Assembly: GCA_049322655.1 (NCBI GenBank)
Contig: JBMORP010000006.1
Coordinates: 512,410-576,409, forward strand
Length of the DNA: 64,000 bases
Source of the DNA: Patescibacteria group bacterium
GTDB taxonomy: Bacteria; Patescibacteriota; Microgenomatia; UBA1400; PJMF01
Direction of reading: 5' to 3'
The stretch's first letter is position 1. Each line of letters starts with the position of its first letter. Made by a program: the position numbers and the translations under genes. Shown piece by piece: positions 10,458-19,184 of the stretch. Below the pieces are notes generated by a model. It was not told the origin of the DNA and did no database searches. It saw only the letters and a list, made by a program, of their open reading frames with translations.

Positions 10458-11362
10458 AACTGTTCTTTCAAGAGTTTTCGGTAAGAAAAAACCATTGTTC
10501 TATGTCTAATCACTGACCAAATAATTTTGGGATAAAGAAAAAAATGACGATTTTTAAATAAAACTAACAAACTATAAAATTGTCCTAGTAATAAAAATGG
10601 CAAAAATAAAAAAATTTTAACTACAGACCAATGAGTTAATAAAATAAAAATTAAGTTTCTATAACCCCAAAATAACTGCTGAGCACTTCCTCTCTTGGCA
10701 GTAATTGAACCAAAATGAGTTAATAAATTTTTTTGATAAATAAAAACTTTTTTGTTTGCTTTTTTCAACCGCAAAGCTAATTCTAAATCCTCTGCATAAG
10801 CAAAAAAGAATTCTGCCAATAAAAAACCAAAAGAATTAAAACTCCAAGCAATAGTTTTTGCAGAAACAAAAAATGCCGTACCAACAAAATATGGATTATT
10901 AATATTAAGAGTTAAATTTGGTTTAGTTAGCCCAGTCATAAGATAATTCATCCCTAAACTTTGGGTACGACCATCACGGTCTTTTACCCCACAAGAAACT
11001 ATCGCTAGATTTTTTTTCAATTGGGGTAACATTTCAACAAAAAAATCTTGATCAACCAAAACATCATCATTACTGACTAAACACCAAGTTGCTTGCCTAA
11101 TTTTTGTGGCAAAAAATACTCCATCATTAACTGCTCCAGTAAAACCTTTATTCACTCTATTTTTAAGATGAAAAACATTGTTTTTACTTTTTTTTGGCAA
11201 AGAAAAATCAACGCCAGAAAATTGATTAAAAACAACAATAAACTCCAAATTGGTTTTGGCCAAGCTGGTTTTTTTCCAAGCCACCAAAAAACTTTTGATT
11301 GCTTCTTGATATAGAAGATTTGCTGGAGAATATAAAATTGGAATAATAACGGCTATTTTCAT
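10454..11362 (-). CDS. glycosyltransferase family 2
   Basis: MKIAVIIPIL...GFTGAVNDG...LVSNDDV (DxD) are typical GT2 motifs. Confidence 0.8.
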   Translation of the reverse strand: MKIAVIIPILYSPANLLYQEAIKSFLVAWKKTSLAKTNLEFIVVFNQFSGVDFSLPKKSKNNVFHLKNRVNKGFTGAVNDGVFFATKIRQATWCLVSNDDVLVDQDFFVEMLPQLKKNLAIVSCGVKDRDGRTQSLGMNYLMTGLTKPNLTLNINNPYFVGTAFFVSAKTIAWSFNSFGFLLAEFFFAYAEDLELALRLKKANKKVFIYQKNLLTHFGSITAKRGSAQQLFWGYRNLIFILLTHWSVVKIFLFLPFLLLGQFYSLLVLFKNRHFFLYPKIIWSVIRHRTMVFSYRKLLKEQL

Positions 11363-12462
11363 TGGTAATTATTAATTAATTTTATAAGTGAGTTTTTGAA
11401 TTTTTTTTCAGAGAAAAAAGCCGCTCGATTTACACAGGCTTTTTTTGAAAACTTTTTCCGCTCGAACCTCATAAGAGCTTGAATTAAAGCTGCTTCTGTT
11501 CTTTCATAAAAAAACATCCCGACATTTTGGTTAAGCACTTCTTTTACTCCACCAGAATAAAAAGCTAATACCGGCACACCCAGGCTCAAAGCCTCCACCG
11601 GCACCAACCCAAAATCTTCTTCGATCGAGGCATAAACTAAACCATAAGCTTTAGAAAAAATTTCCGCTAACTGCTTGTCTTCAACGTAACCAAGAAACTT
11701 AATATTGGTGTTAGCAATTGATTTTAAATATTTTTTTTCTGCTCCTCTACCTACCACCACTAGTTTTTTATCCAACTGGTTAAAAGCCTTAATAATCAAG
11801 TCAATGCCTTTTTGCTTGGCTAATCTAGAGAAACAAACATAGTATTCTTTTTTTGTTGCTGGCTGGTTTACTTGTGAAAAACTAGAAATTGCAGGATAAA
11901 CAACTTTTGCCTCACGACGATAATATTTTTTGATCCTTTGTTTCACTTCTAAAGAATTAGCCACTAAAATATCTGGTCTTTGAGCAGCAATGAAATCTTT
12001 TTGACGAAGCCAAGACATTAGTGGCAATAATAAAATCTTAAAAAACTTATTTTGCAAAACTCTAGTTTCATTAAATTCAGCGTAAAGATACCTGGGAGGA
12101 GTATGAATGTAAGAAAGATGTAAACTAGCTGGTGAAGTAATTACTCCCTTAGAAGAAAAGGAGTGAGAAGAAGAAATTACCAAGTCATAACCTGATAAGT
12201 CAAGATTCTCCCAATATAAATATAAAAATGGTTTTAATAAAATCGAAGCTGAGTGAATAAAAGGAATGTGATTGAAAAAAGAAGAAAAAACTTTACCTGT
12301 AGTTTTACTTTGCAATACTTCTCGGTTGTTGGCTGACAGTAACGGCACAAAAACATCGGCTTTAGGAAACATTGTCACCAAAGTGAGTAACACTCGTTCA
12401 GCTCCACCATTCTCTATAAATACATCATGAATAATGGCAATTTTTTTATACTTTTTCGTCAT
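11359..12462 (-). CDS. glycosyltransferase family 4 (GT-B)
   Basis: KIAIIHDVFIENGGAERV N-terminus; EDFGLVPVEALSLGVPVLA matches the E-x7-E motif. Confidence 0.85.
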   Translation of the reverse strand: MTKKYKKIAIIHDVFIENGGAERVLLTLVTMFPKADVFVPLLSANNREVLQSKTTGKVFSSFFNHIPFIHSASILLKPFLYLYWENLDLSGYDLVISSSHSFSSKGVITSPASLHLSYIHTPPRYLYAEFNETRVLQNKFFKILLLPLMSWLRQKDFIAAQRPDILVANSLEVKQRIKKYYRREAKVVYPAISSFSQVNQPATKKEYYVCFSRLAKQKGIDLIIKAFNQLDKKLVVVGRGAEKKYLKSIANTNIKFLGYVEDKQLAEIFSKAYGLVYASIEEDFGLVPVEALSLGVPVLAFYSGGVKEVLNQNVGMFFYERTEAALIQALMRFERKKFSKKACVNRAAFFSEKKFKNSLIKLINNYQ

Positions 12463-13807
12463 AATATAATTTATAAATATGAGGCAGTAAGCCTCTAATA
12501 AAAAAGAACGTCATAAAGCCTTGTGCACCATAACCATTATCAGTAATACCATAAAGAATCCAAGTCCAAGAACTCAGACTAAATAAAAAATATTTTTTAA
12601 AACTTTCTTTGTTATCGCCTTTATAAAATAATTGAGTTAAAGCCATAAAATCATGTTTGATAAATACTGCTAACAACAATAAAAAAGTAATTAAACCATA
12701 AAGACCAGTGTCAGCTAACCTCTCAATAAAAACATTATGAATTCCAATTCCATGATCCACTTTAAAAGTATACTGCATGGTTCCATCGGAATAATATCTT
12801 CTAATTGGGAAGTCGCTTACAGTGTTGTAAGTATTGCCACCAGTACCAAAAATAGGAAAATGTCTAAAATTATTCAAAGCCGTTTGCCAATAGGTATAAC
12901 GCATGTCAATTGTTTCTTTATCTCTTTCCAATTGAGGCCTCAAAATTCTTTCTTCTAAATTAAAACCAAAATAAGTTTGGGTTACTAATAAGCCAAAAGC
13001 AGCAATCAACATGGCTGGCAATAACAATGAAACAAAAATTTTTCTAGAAAACAAAAAAGCAAAACAAAGAAAATGAAGAGCAATCACCAAAACATCAATT
13101 CTGTTATTACTAATAACAGCCGTCAAAATAGTAATCAGAATCATGAAATAAGATAGAATTTTTTGGTTAATAGAAGCTTTTTTTTCAACTAAAAAAACTG
13201 TTGTTAAAGGAAAAAGAATAATATAAGGACCAATACTTACATACTTACCATATTGCCTAATTTCTTCCAAAGCAAAAATTAGTCGATGATCTAAAAATAA
13301 AAAATAATAAATATTATCGACTGAATATCTAAAAATAATTGAAAAAAATGAAAAAGTGAAAGTTAGAAAAATAAAAGCGATACTCAAAAACAAAAATAAA
13401 TAAAGATGTTTTTTTTCTATTTTCACTCTAGATAAAACAAAAAATATTAAAGTTGCCATCAATGGATACCACAAGTGAAGGAGTGAACTGGCCAAATCTA
13501 AAGAGAAAGCTGCTGATAAAAAAAATGAAGATAAAAATAAAAGAAATACTAGATTATTTGTAACCAAATATTGGTTCTTTTTTTTATCTAATAACATCAA
13601 GCCAAACAACACTAAAGACAATGCTTTGGCAAAACCATGGGTAGCCTTGGGACCAGGAAAAACCCACCTAAAAGACTCAAAGTAACTAATAGAAAAAATT
13701 AAAAAAACCAAAGCAATTAAAATCGAAGCAAAATTTTTTTCAATAAACAAATCAATTAGCAATTGTTTACCAGAAACCAGCAGTTGTTGGTATTTTTTTA
13801 ATCTCAC
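12446..13807 (-). CDS. O-antigen ligase/Wzy-like polytopic membrane protein (453 aa)
   Basis: Multi-TM; the large loop DHGIGIHNVFIERLADTGLYGLITFLLLL matches the Wzy_C signature. Confidence 0.65.
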   Translation of the reverse strand: MRLKKYQQLLVSGKQLLIDLFIEKNFASILIALVFLIFSISYFESFRWVFPGPKATHGFAKALSLVLFGLMLLDKKKNQYLVTNNLVFLLFLSSFFLSAAFSLDLASSLLHLWYPLMATLIFFVLSRVKIEKKHLYLFLFLSIAFIFLTFTFSFFSIIFRYSVDNIYYFLFLDHRLIFALEEIRQYGKYVSIGPYIILFPLTTVFLVEKKASINQKILSYFMILITILTAVISNNRIDVLVIALHFLCFAFLFSRKIFVSLLLPAMLIAAFGLLVTQTYFGFNLEERILRPQLERDKETIDMRYTYWQTALNNFRHFPIFGTGGNTYNTVSDFPIRRYYSDGTMQYTFKVDHGIGIHNVFIERLADTGLYGLITFLLLLAVFIKHDFMALTQLFYKGDNKESFKKYFLFSLSSWTWILYGITDNGYGAQGFMTFFFIRGLLPHIYKLYYDEKV

Positions 13808-13835
13808 AAGATATAGAATACCCTAAGCTAACCAG

Positions 13836-14579
13836 ATGTCAAAACAAAATCATAAAGTTTACGATGCAGTTTTTTTTTCTCCTCATTTGGATGATGCTAT
13901 CTTCTCCTGTGGTGGACTAATCAACCAGCTAAGTCAAAAAAAAGATAAGATAGCGATAGTAAATATCTTCACCAAAGCCCAAGATTATAAAATCCAGACT
14001 GAGGCTATTAAAAATGAGTTAAAAAAAGCTGCTTATCAATCAGCAAAACAAATGTTTTTAACTAGAAAAAAACATGAAAAGAATATAGCTAATAAACTCA
14101 AAATAGATGTTTTTTGTTTAGATTTTATTGATGGTTTGTTTAGAAAAAATCAAAAAGATCAATTTATTTATGATAGTTATCAACGTCTTTTTTCTGGAGT
14201 AATTAGTCAAGATGATCAACTATTAATTAAAAAAATACAAGAAAAAATCTTTAGTTTTATTATTAACCAAACTAATAAAAAAACTGACCTTTATTTACCC
14301 ATCGGTCACGGAGGCCATGTTGATCACCTAATTATTAATCATGTTTTTAAAAATTTTAATAAAAACCACACCAATAATTTATTTTTCTGGCATGATATTC
14401 CTTATGCAAATAATATTAATCACCTCATTAAACTAGAAAAACCAAAAAAAATTATTAGCTTAAACAACAACCAAGCTAAACAAAAAAAACTTCTCTGCCA
14501 AGAATATAAAAAACAATACCAAGACGCAGAAAAAACTGCTTTCTCCACTATCAATTTCTATCAAGAAATTTTATTTTAA
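13836..14579 (+). CDS. PIG-L/LmbE family N-acetylglucosaminyl deacetylase
   Basis: FFSPHLDDAIFSCGG N-terminal motif and HGGHVDH metal-binding histidines. Confidence 0.75.
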   Translation: MSKQNHKVYDAVFFSPHLDDAIFSCGGLINQLSQKKDKIAIVNIFTKAQDYKIQTEAIKNELKKAAYQSAKQMFLTRKKHEKNIANKLKIDVFCLDFIDGLFRKNQKDQFIYDSYQRLFSGVISQDDQLLIKKIQEKIFSFIINQTNKKTDLYLPIGHGGHVDHLIINHVFKNFNKNHTNNLFFWHDIPYANNINHLIKLEKPKKIISLNNNQAKQKKLLCQEYKKQYQDAEKTAFSTINFYQEILF

Positions 14580-14582
14580 ACT

Positions 14583-15746
14583 ATGAAAGTGCTCATTCTC
14601 CACCAAGACATAGCCGGAGGCACTAAAAATGCCACCGAGGCTATTATTAAAGAGCTAAAAACTGAATTACGTAGTCACCAATTTATTGTCTATAAACAAC
14701 CAGATCCAATAATCAAAGGTAGATTGAGGTATACCAGACATTTAATTTGGTCAATTTGGGATTTTTATAGATACTTGAATAAAAGAAAGCTAAAAAATAT
14801 TGACCGAATTTATTTCAATATCTATTCATGTGCGGTGGCTAAATTTTTTTCTCAACATAAAAACACGCCTGCTTTTTTTCATTTTCATGGCAACCAAGAG
14901 TTTGTTAAGTCATTAAAATCAGAAACTAACAGATTTTTTATTGGGAAAATATACAACAAATTACTTGGGAAGATTGTCAATGAACTCCAAAGATTTGCTT
15001 TTTCTTACTCAGATAAGGTCTGTTTTGTATCAGCCTTTGCAAAAAATCAATTTCTTAAACAACAAAAAATGCAAGAATATTCTCATAAAACTATTGTTAT
15101 CCCCAATGGGGTTAATTTTGAAAAATTTTTCCCAATTGATAAATTAAAAAAACAAAAAATCCTAACCAAATTTAATTTTATTCAACCAAAAAACAAAATC
15201 ATTACTTACTCAGGCAGGATTGATGAAAAAAAAGGTATTGATAAAATTATTTTTGCTCTTAAAAAATATGATCACAACAATACTCATTTGTTTATTGTTC
15301 ATCCACAACCACGAGAAAACCAATCGATTCTTTATAAAAAATGGCTAGAACAAACAATCCAAACAAACAACTTAGAAAAAAATGTTCATTTTTTCGAAAA
15401 TCCAGCTGATATTACTTCTTTCTACAAAATTTCTGACTTAGTGATTTTACCTTCTGACCGAGAATATTTTTCTCTAGTTTTACTGGAAGCCTTTGCTTGT
15501 GGCACTCCTTTTATTGGCTCAAAAGTAGGCTTCATTCCAGAGTTTCTAAGAAAAATAGATAAAAGATTAATTTTAGAAAAAAATACTGCCCAGGAAATCA
15601 ATCAAAAACTTAAATGGTTTTTTGCTTTAAGTCATCAAGAAAAAACAAAAATTATTAAAAAAGGGCTTGAAGTTAGCCAACAATTTGATTGGAAAACAAC
15701 TTCCCACAAAATCTTCAATGAACTAAAAAAATTAACCAAAAACTAA
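14583..15746 (+). CDS. glycosyltransferase family 4 (GT-B)
   Basis: Nucleotide-sugar binding motif SLVLLEAFACGTPFIGSKVG (E-x7-E). Confidence 0.8.
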   Translation: MKVLILHQDIAGGTKNATEAIIKELKTELRSHQFIVYKQPDPIIKGRLRYTRHLIWSIWDFYRYLNKRKLKNIDRIYFNIYSCAVAKFFSQHKNTPAFFHFHGNQEFVKSLKSETNRFFIGKIYNKLLGKIVNELQRFAFSYSDKVCFVSAFAKNQFLKQQKMQEYSHKTIVIPNGVNFEKFFPIDKLKKQKILTKFNFIQPKNKIITYSGRIDEKKGIDKIIFALKKYDHNNTHLFIVHPQPRENQSILYKKWLEQTIQTNNLEKNVHFFENPADITSFYKISDLVILPSDREYFSLVLLEAFACGTPFIGSKVGFIPEFLRKIDKRLILEKNTAQEINQKLKWFFALSHQEKTKIIKKGLEVSQQFDWKTTSHKIFNELKKLTKN

Positions 15747-16597
15747 TTAACCGGCTCTATTTCTGTAATTGCACCACTAACATTAACATTGTCGAATGGG
15801 AATAAAATAAAGAATCCCACCTTGAGTGGCTGGAACTCAGCAAAATAATCTATCCCCTCATAACGACTGGCTTTAACCTTGATTTTTAAAACCACATCAC
15901 TGCGCAGTTCATTGGTGGTAATTCTGCCAATACCACGGTCATCGTTGACCCAAACTTTGGCCACCTCAACATCGCTTTCAATAATCTCAGCCAAAACCTG
16001 ACCTTTATTATCAATCATTTTACTCCCCACCTTCATGGCTTCAGCATGCCAAGGCATGATTTCATAAAGACGTAAGGTAATAATTCTTTCTACATCTTCA
16101 CCCAAGTTACCTACTCCAGCAATGCTAATCACATTGGCATTAACATTGATATTACTAGGACTAACTTGAATAACTTTACCAATTTGCAAAGGCTCTCTTC
16201 TAAATCGATATTGATTAGATCTACCAGAGGGAGTAACCTTCAAGCGAACTTTCATCCATAGTCTTTTTCTCTCACCAAACTCAAAAGTACGAACATCCAA
16301 AACCTCAACTAAAACATTACCCTGAGGATCATACTCTACAGCCCCAGCTTGAATTGGATCGGCTAACCAGTATGGAGGATCTGGGTTATTCCACCACCAC
16401 TCACCACCAGAAGCAAATAGTTCTGCTTCAATATAAGTATCTTCCTGCAACAGCACCTTACCCACCAAAACAGCTAAAGTAACAAAAATAATGAAAAAAA
16501 GAGGTTTAAAAAGATCCCATTTACCAAATAACTTCCCATCTTGAGAAATAATCGGCGCCTTTTTATTTTTTTTAAAGATTTTAGAGAAAAACATCAT
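15743..16597 (-). CDS. N-terminal TM-anchored secreted protein with an EWWW motif (DUF4330-like, named from memory); paralog of 33968-34825
   Basis: One TM, then GGEWWWNNPDPPYWLAD. Similar to the 33968-34825 product (EEWWWQTEKQTSYWLIND) along its whole length. Confidence 0.55.
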   Translation of the reverse strand: MMFFSKIFKKNKKAPIISQDGKLFGKWDLFKPLFFIIFVTLAVLVGKVLLQEDTYIEAELFASGGEWWWNNPDPPYWLADPIQAGAVEYDPQGNVLVEVLDVRTFEFGERKRLWMKVRLKVTPSGRSNQYRFRREPLQIGKVIQVSPSNINVNANVISIAGVGNLGEDVERIITLRLYEIMPWHAEAMKVGSKMIDNKGQVLAEIIESDVEVAKVWVNDDRGIGRITTNELRSDVVLKIKVKASRYEGIDYFAEFQPLKVGFFILFPFDNVNVSGAITEIEPVN

Positions 16598-16598
16598 A

Positions 16599-17351
16599 TC
16601 AATTATTCTTAGTAACTTTGGAATAGATAATTCTTAAGAGCTCCCAGAACCAGAGTACTAAAAAAATGGGAATTTGCAAGAGATATCTTCTCCACAATCT
16701 TCTGGGTTCAGTAATCAACCTAAAAAACCACTCTAAACCCAATTGTCTCAACCACTGAGGGGCTTGTTGCTTATGACCTGAAATGAAATCAAAAGCTGCC
16801 CCCACTGGCATAATATAAGCTGGGTGATTTATAAAACCTCTTAGTCTGAGTGAAGCCTCTGCTTGTTTTTTCCCTCCTAAACTAAGCCAAATAAAGTCTG
16901 GTTTGTTTTGCTCTATTTGAGCAAAATATTCATTTTCTTCGTCAGTAGTTAACTCTCTAAAAGGAGGCGATATAACACCAACAAAATTAATTGCCGGATG
17001 TTTTTGCTTAATTTTTTTAACCAATTTTGCTAATACTTCATTAGTAGAGCCATAAAAAAAATGCTTATGATTAGTCTGGGCAGTTTTTTGTAAAACCATT
17101 TCCATAACGTCTGGACCATAGATTCTCTCAGCTATAGGATCTAGTAACTTCATTAACCAAACCATGGGCATTCCATCTGGTATTAAAAAATCAATTTTTT
17201 TTAAGGTTTGTTGGGGAATTTGTAAAAACTCATTCATTGACAAGGCCGTTACAATTTTCGCTTGATCACGTTTGGAAGCTAATAAAAAATCAGTAAATTG
17301 ATCAACACTGCTGGAAACAACTTTTAATGAAAAAATTTTAAGAAAATACAC
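16599..17351 (-). CDS. WecB/TagA/CpsF family glycosyltransferase (GT26, N-acetylmannosaminyl-type transferase)
   Basis: LIPDGMPMVWL, FFYGSTNEV, FIWLSLGGKKQAEAS and EWFFRLITEPRRLWRRY are all GT26 hallmarks. Confidence 0.85.
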   Translation of the reverse strand: MYFLKIFSLKVVSSSVDQFTDFLLASKRDQAKIVTALSMNEFLQIPQQTLKKIDFLIPDGMPMVWLMKLLDPIAERIYGPDVMEMVLQKTAQTNHKHFFYGSTNEVLAKLVKKIKQKHPAINFVGVISPPFRELTTDEENEYFAQIEQNKPDFIWLSLGGKKQAEASLRLRGFINHPAYIMPVGAAFDFISGHKQQAPQWLRQLGLEWFFRLITEPRRLWRRYLLQIPIFLVLWFWELLRIIYSKVTKNN

Positions 17352-17658
17352 GATATTTAATTTTCTTTAAAAGGTTAATAACCGGGTTTATTTTTTTTGA
17401 GTCAGCCTGAATAAAACCCATTTTAATTGCTTCTTCTAACCATTGTTTAACATCTTTTTGGGCAACTGCTTTTTCCACCTTGTACTCAGTCATTACCCTA
17501 GCAATCAATTTTTCCAAAGTTTTTGGTTGATCAAGAGACAAAAAAATAAATGAAGCCAATTCATTTAAATAAAAAACATGTTTTCTGTCTGGAGAAATAA
17601 TCTTCACACCCTCTTCATCAGTATGAAAAACAAAACCACTGACTTTGGAGTAAAACAT
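17338..17658 (-). CDS. PqqD-family protein (RiPP recognition element-like, 106 aa)
   Basis: EEGVKIISPDRKHVFYLNELASFIFLSLDQPKTLEKLIARVMTEYKVEKAVAQKDVKQWLEEAIKMGFIQ fits the PqqD consensus (yy-LN-t-a-IW-ll-g-t-eeI...dv-Fl-L-G-I). Confidence 0.75.
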   Translation of the reverse strand: MFYSKVSGFVFHTDEEGVKIISPDRKHVFYLNELASFIFLSLDQPKTLEKLIARVMTEYKVEKAVAQKDVKQWLEEAIKMGFIQADSKKINPVINLLKKIKYRVFS

Positions 17659-17679
17659 TTGTAAAATTTATCTCTTAGG

Positions 17680-17811
17680 TTAATACTTAAGAACAGCTCC
17701 AAAGGCCATTTTAACCTTAAGAGGCTTTTTATTGGTTTTCGGAGCAGAATAACCTCTTTTTTTTGATTTTTTCATATCTTTCATAGCGATAAATCCCTCA
17801 GGATCAATCAT
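17680..17811 (-). other. unannotated 43-codon ORF (MIDPEGFIAMKDMKKSKKRGYSAPKTNKKPLKVKMAFGAVLKY) between the QueC-like and PqqD-like genes; a candidate small peptide, unproven
   Basis: Found by manual translation of the minus strand. Same strand and operon spacing (21-nt gaps). No strong SD sequence seen. Confidence 0.25.
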
Positions 17812-17832
17812 ACGGGAAAAAAACTACTGATG

Positions 17833-18771
17833 TCAAGCCTTCATCATTAGGTCTTTAGCTTGTTTTACTAACCTATAAATCAAGGTTTTGGGCCAATACT
17901 TGGTCGGATCTACATAACCTGCCACAGCAAACTCTCTTTGCCTGGATTCACAAGTTAAACATTTATTGCCACACTGATACCAACCACTCAAATAACAACT
18001 CCAGGTTTTCTCTAACGGTAACTTATTTTTCATTCCATAAGCAATTAAATCTGCTTTGGTCATAAAACTATTCATTTCCTTTTCAAAAGCAACCGAAGCA
18101 AAATTCCAATCCCACTCAGCCAAAGCTGAACAAATGCCAAGCATAGTGGTTCTCAAGGCAGTAAAAGTCTGACTAGGCACAGCCCGACCATCACCTACAG
18201 CAACAGTACAAAAAACGTGTTTAATATCAAGTTTTTGGGTGTAATACAACTCTTTAGCATAATTAACTCCAAAAAAAGCAAATAAATAAGGAGTGGTGCC
18301 AAAAATATCAATATGAGAGATACCTTTCTTACCCAAATTTTCAAGTAAAAATGAAGGATGAAGTTTTGTCTCAATATTCTTAGCTAAACTTTCCATTTCT
18401 TTAGTTGGTAGGGCTGTTGTATATTCTTTGGGCTGATGAAATTTACCTTGAGGAAAAATCTTTTGATAAAACTTGGTAAAATAATCTACAGCCGCTTTTT
18501 CTTTTTTCCAACGCTTGGTTCCTCGGTGTAAATATAGTGGGTAAACATCAAGCTTTTTAACAAAGGTTAAATAATGCCAAGCCACCGTTGAATCTATCCC
18601 CCCAGAAAGTAATAGAACTACCGGTGTTCCTGGTTTTGGCTCTTTAAAAACATAACCTCTTTTTTTAAGAAAAAATTTTTCGACAGCTTGAATAGTTTGC
18701 CAATCTTCTAGTTTTCTTGATTTGATAAATTTTTTAAAATCTAGCAGATCTGTTTGTAATTTTTTTACCAT
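17833..18771 (-). CDS. QueC-like PP-loop ATP pyrophosphatase (7-cyano-7-deazaguanine synthase family, 312 aa, about 50 aa N-terminal extension)
   Basis: PP-loop VVLLLSGGIDST. C-terminal Zn-ribbon-like TWSCYLSGWYQCGNKCLTCESRQREF parallels QueC TCYNG..GCGQCAACHLR. Paralog of 30909-31895. Confidence 0.75.
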   Translation of the reverse strand: MVKKLQTDLLDFKKFIKSRKLEDWQTIQAVEKFFLKKRGYVFKEPKPGTPVVLLLSGGIDSTVAWHYLTFVKKLDVYPLYLHRGTKRWKKEKAAVDYFTKFYQKIFPQGKFHQPKEYTTALPTKEMESLAKNIETKLHPSFLLENLGKKGISHIDIFGTTPYLFAFFGVNYAKELYYTQKLDIKHVFCTVAVGDGRAVPSQTFTALRTTMLGICSALAEWDWNFASVAFEKEMNSFMTKADLIAYGMKNKLPLEKTWSCYLSGWYQCGNKCLTCESRQREFAVAGYVDPTKYWPKTLIYRLVKQAKDLMMKA

Positions 18772-19184
18772 AATAAATTTTTTATTTTTTTCATTATTTT
18801 ATATCTAAATACTCTGTATTTGAAAAACCTCAAAAAATAAATTCTTTGAAAAAACAGTTTATCTAAAAATATAAATAACTTCTCTTTTGCCTTACCCAAA
18901 ACTATGACTTTTTTACCAGAAAAAACAATCTGAGCAATGCCTTCTATTTGAGAAAAACTAATTTTTTGCAGTTCAAAAGCATTATCACCTTTTAAAAAAA
19001 TATCTTTACCAGTTTTCTTAATAATTCGGTGTAAAACTTTTTTATTCTTATCACTAAATAAAATTAAACTTCCTGACTGTGGATCACTCTTATCAAATGA
19101 TTTAGTAATTAAAACAATATCTTCTACTTCTATTTGTGGAGCCATACTGTCAGAAACTAATTTATAGTAAAAATTTTTCTTCAT
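18765..19184 (-). CDS. S24/S26 (LexA/signal-peptidase-like) serine peptidase domain protein without a TM or HTH
   Basis: SDSMAPQIEVEDIVLIT matches the GDSMxP-DlvlV catalytic Ser motif. KKVLHRII matches the K-R general-base region. 139 aa. Confidence 0.55.
   Translation of the reverse strand: MKKNFYYKLVSDSMAPQIEVEDIVLITKSFDKSDPQSGSLILFSDKNKKVLHRIIKKTGKDIFLKGDNAFELQKISFSQIEGIAQIVFSGKKVIVLGKAKEKLFIFLDKLFFQRIYFLRFFKYRVFRYKIMKKIKNLLW

Noticed and set aside
17680-17811. The 43-codon ORF as a ribosomal protein (it is very Lys-rich)
   Set aside because: It does not match bL32-bL36, bS21 or THX sequences that I can recall. It is kept only as a low-confidence candidate peptide.
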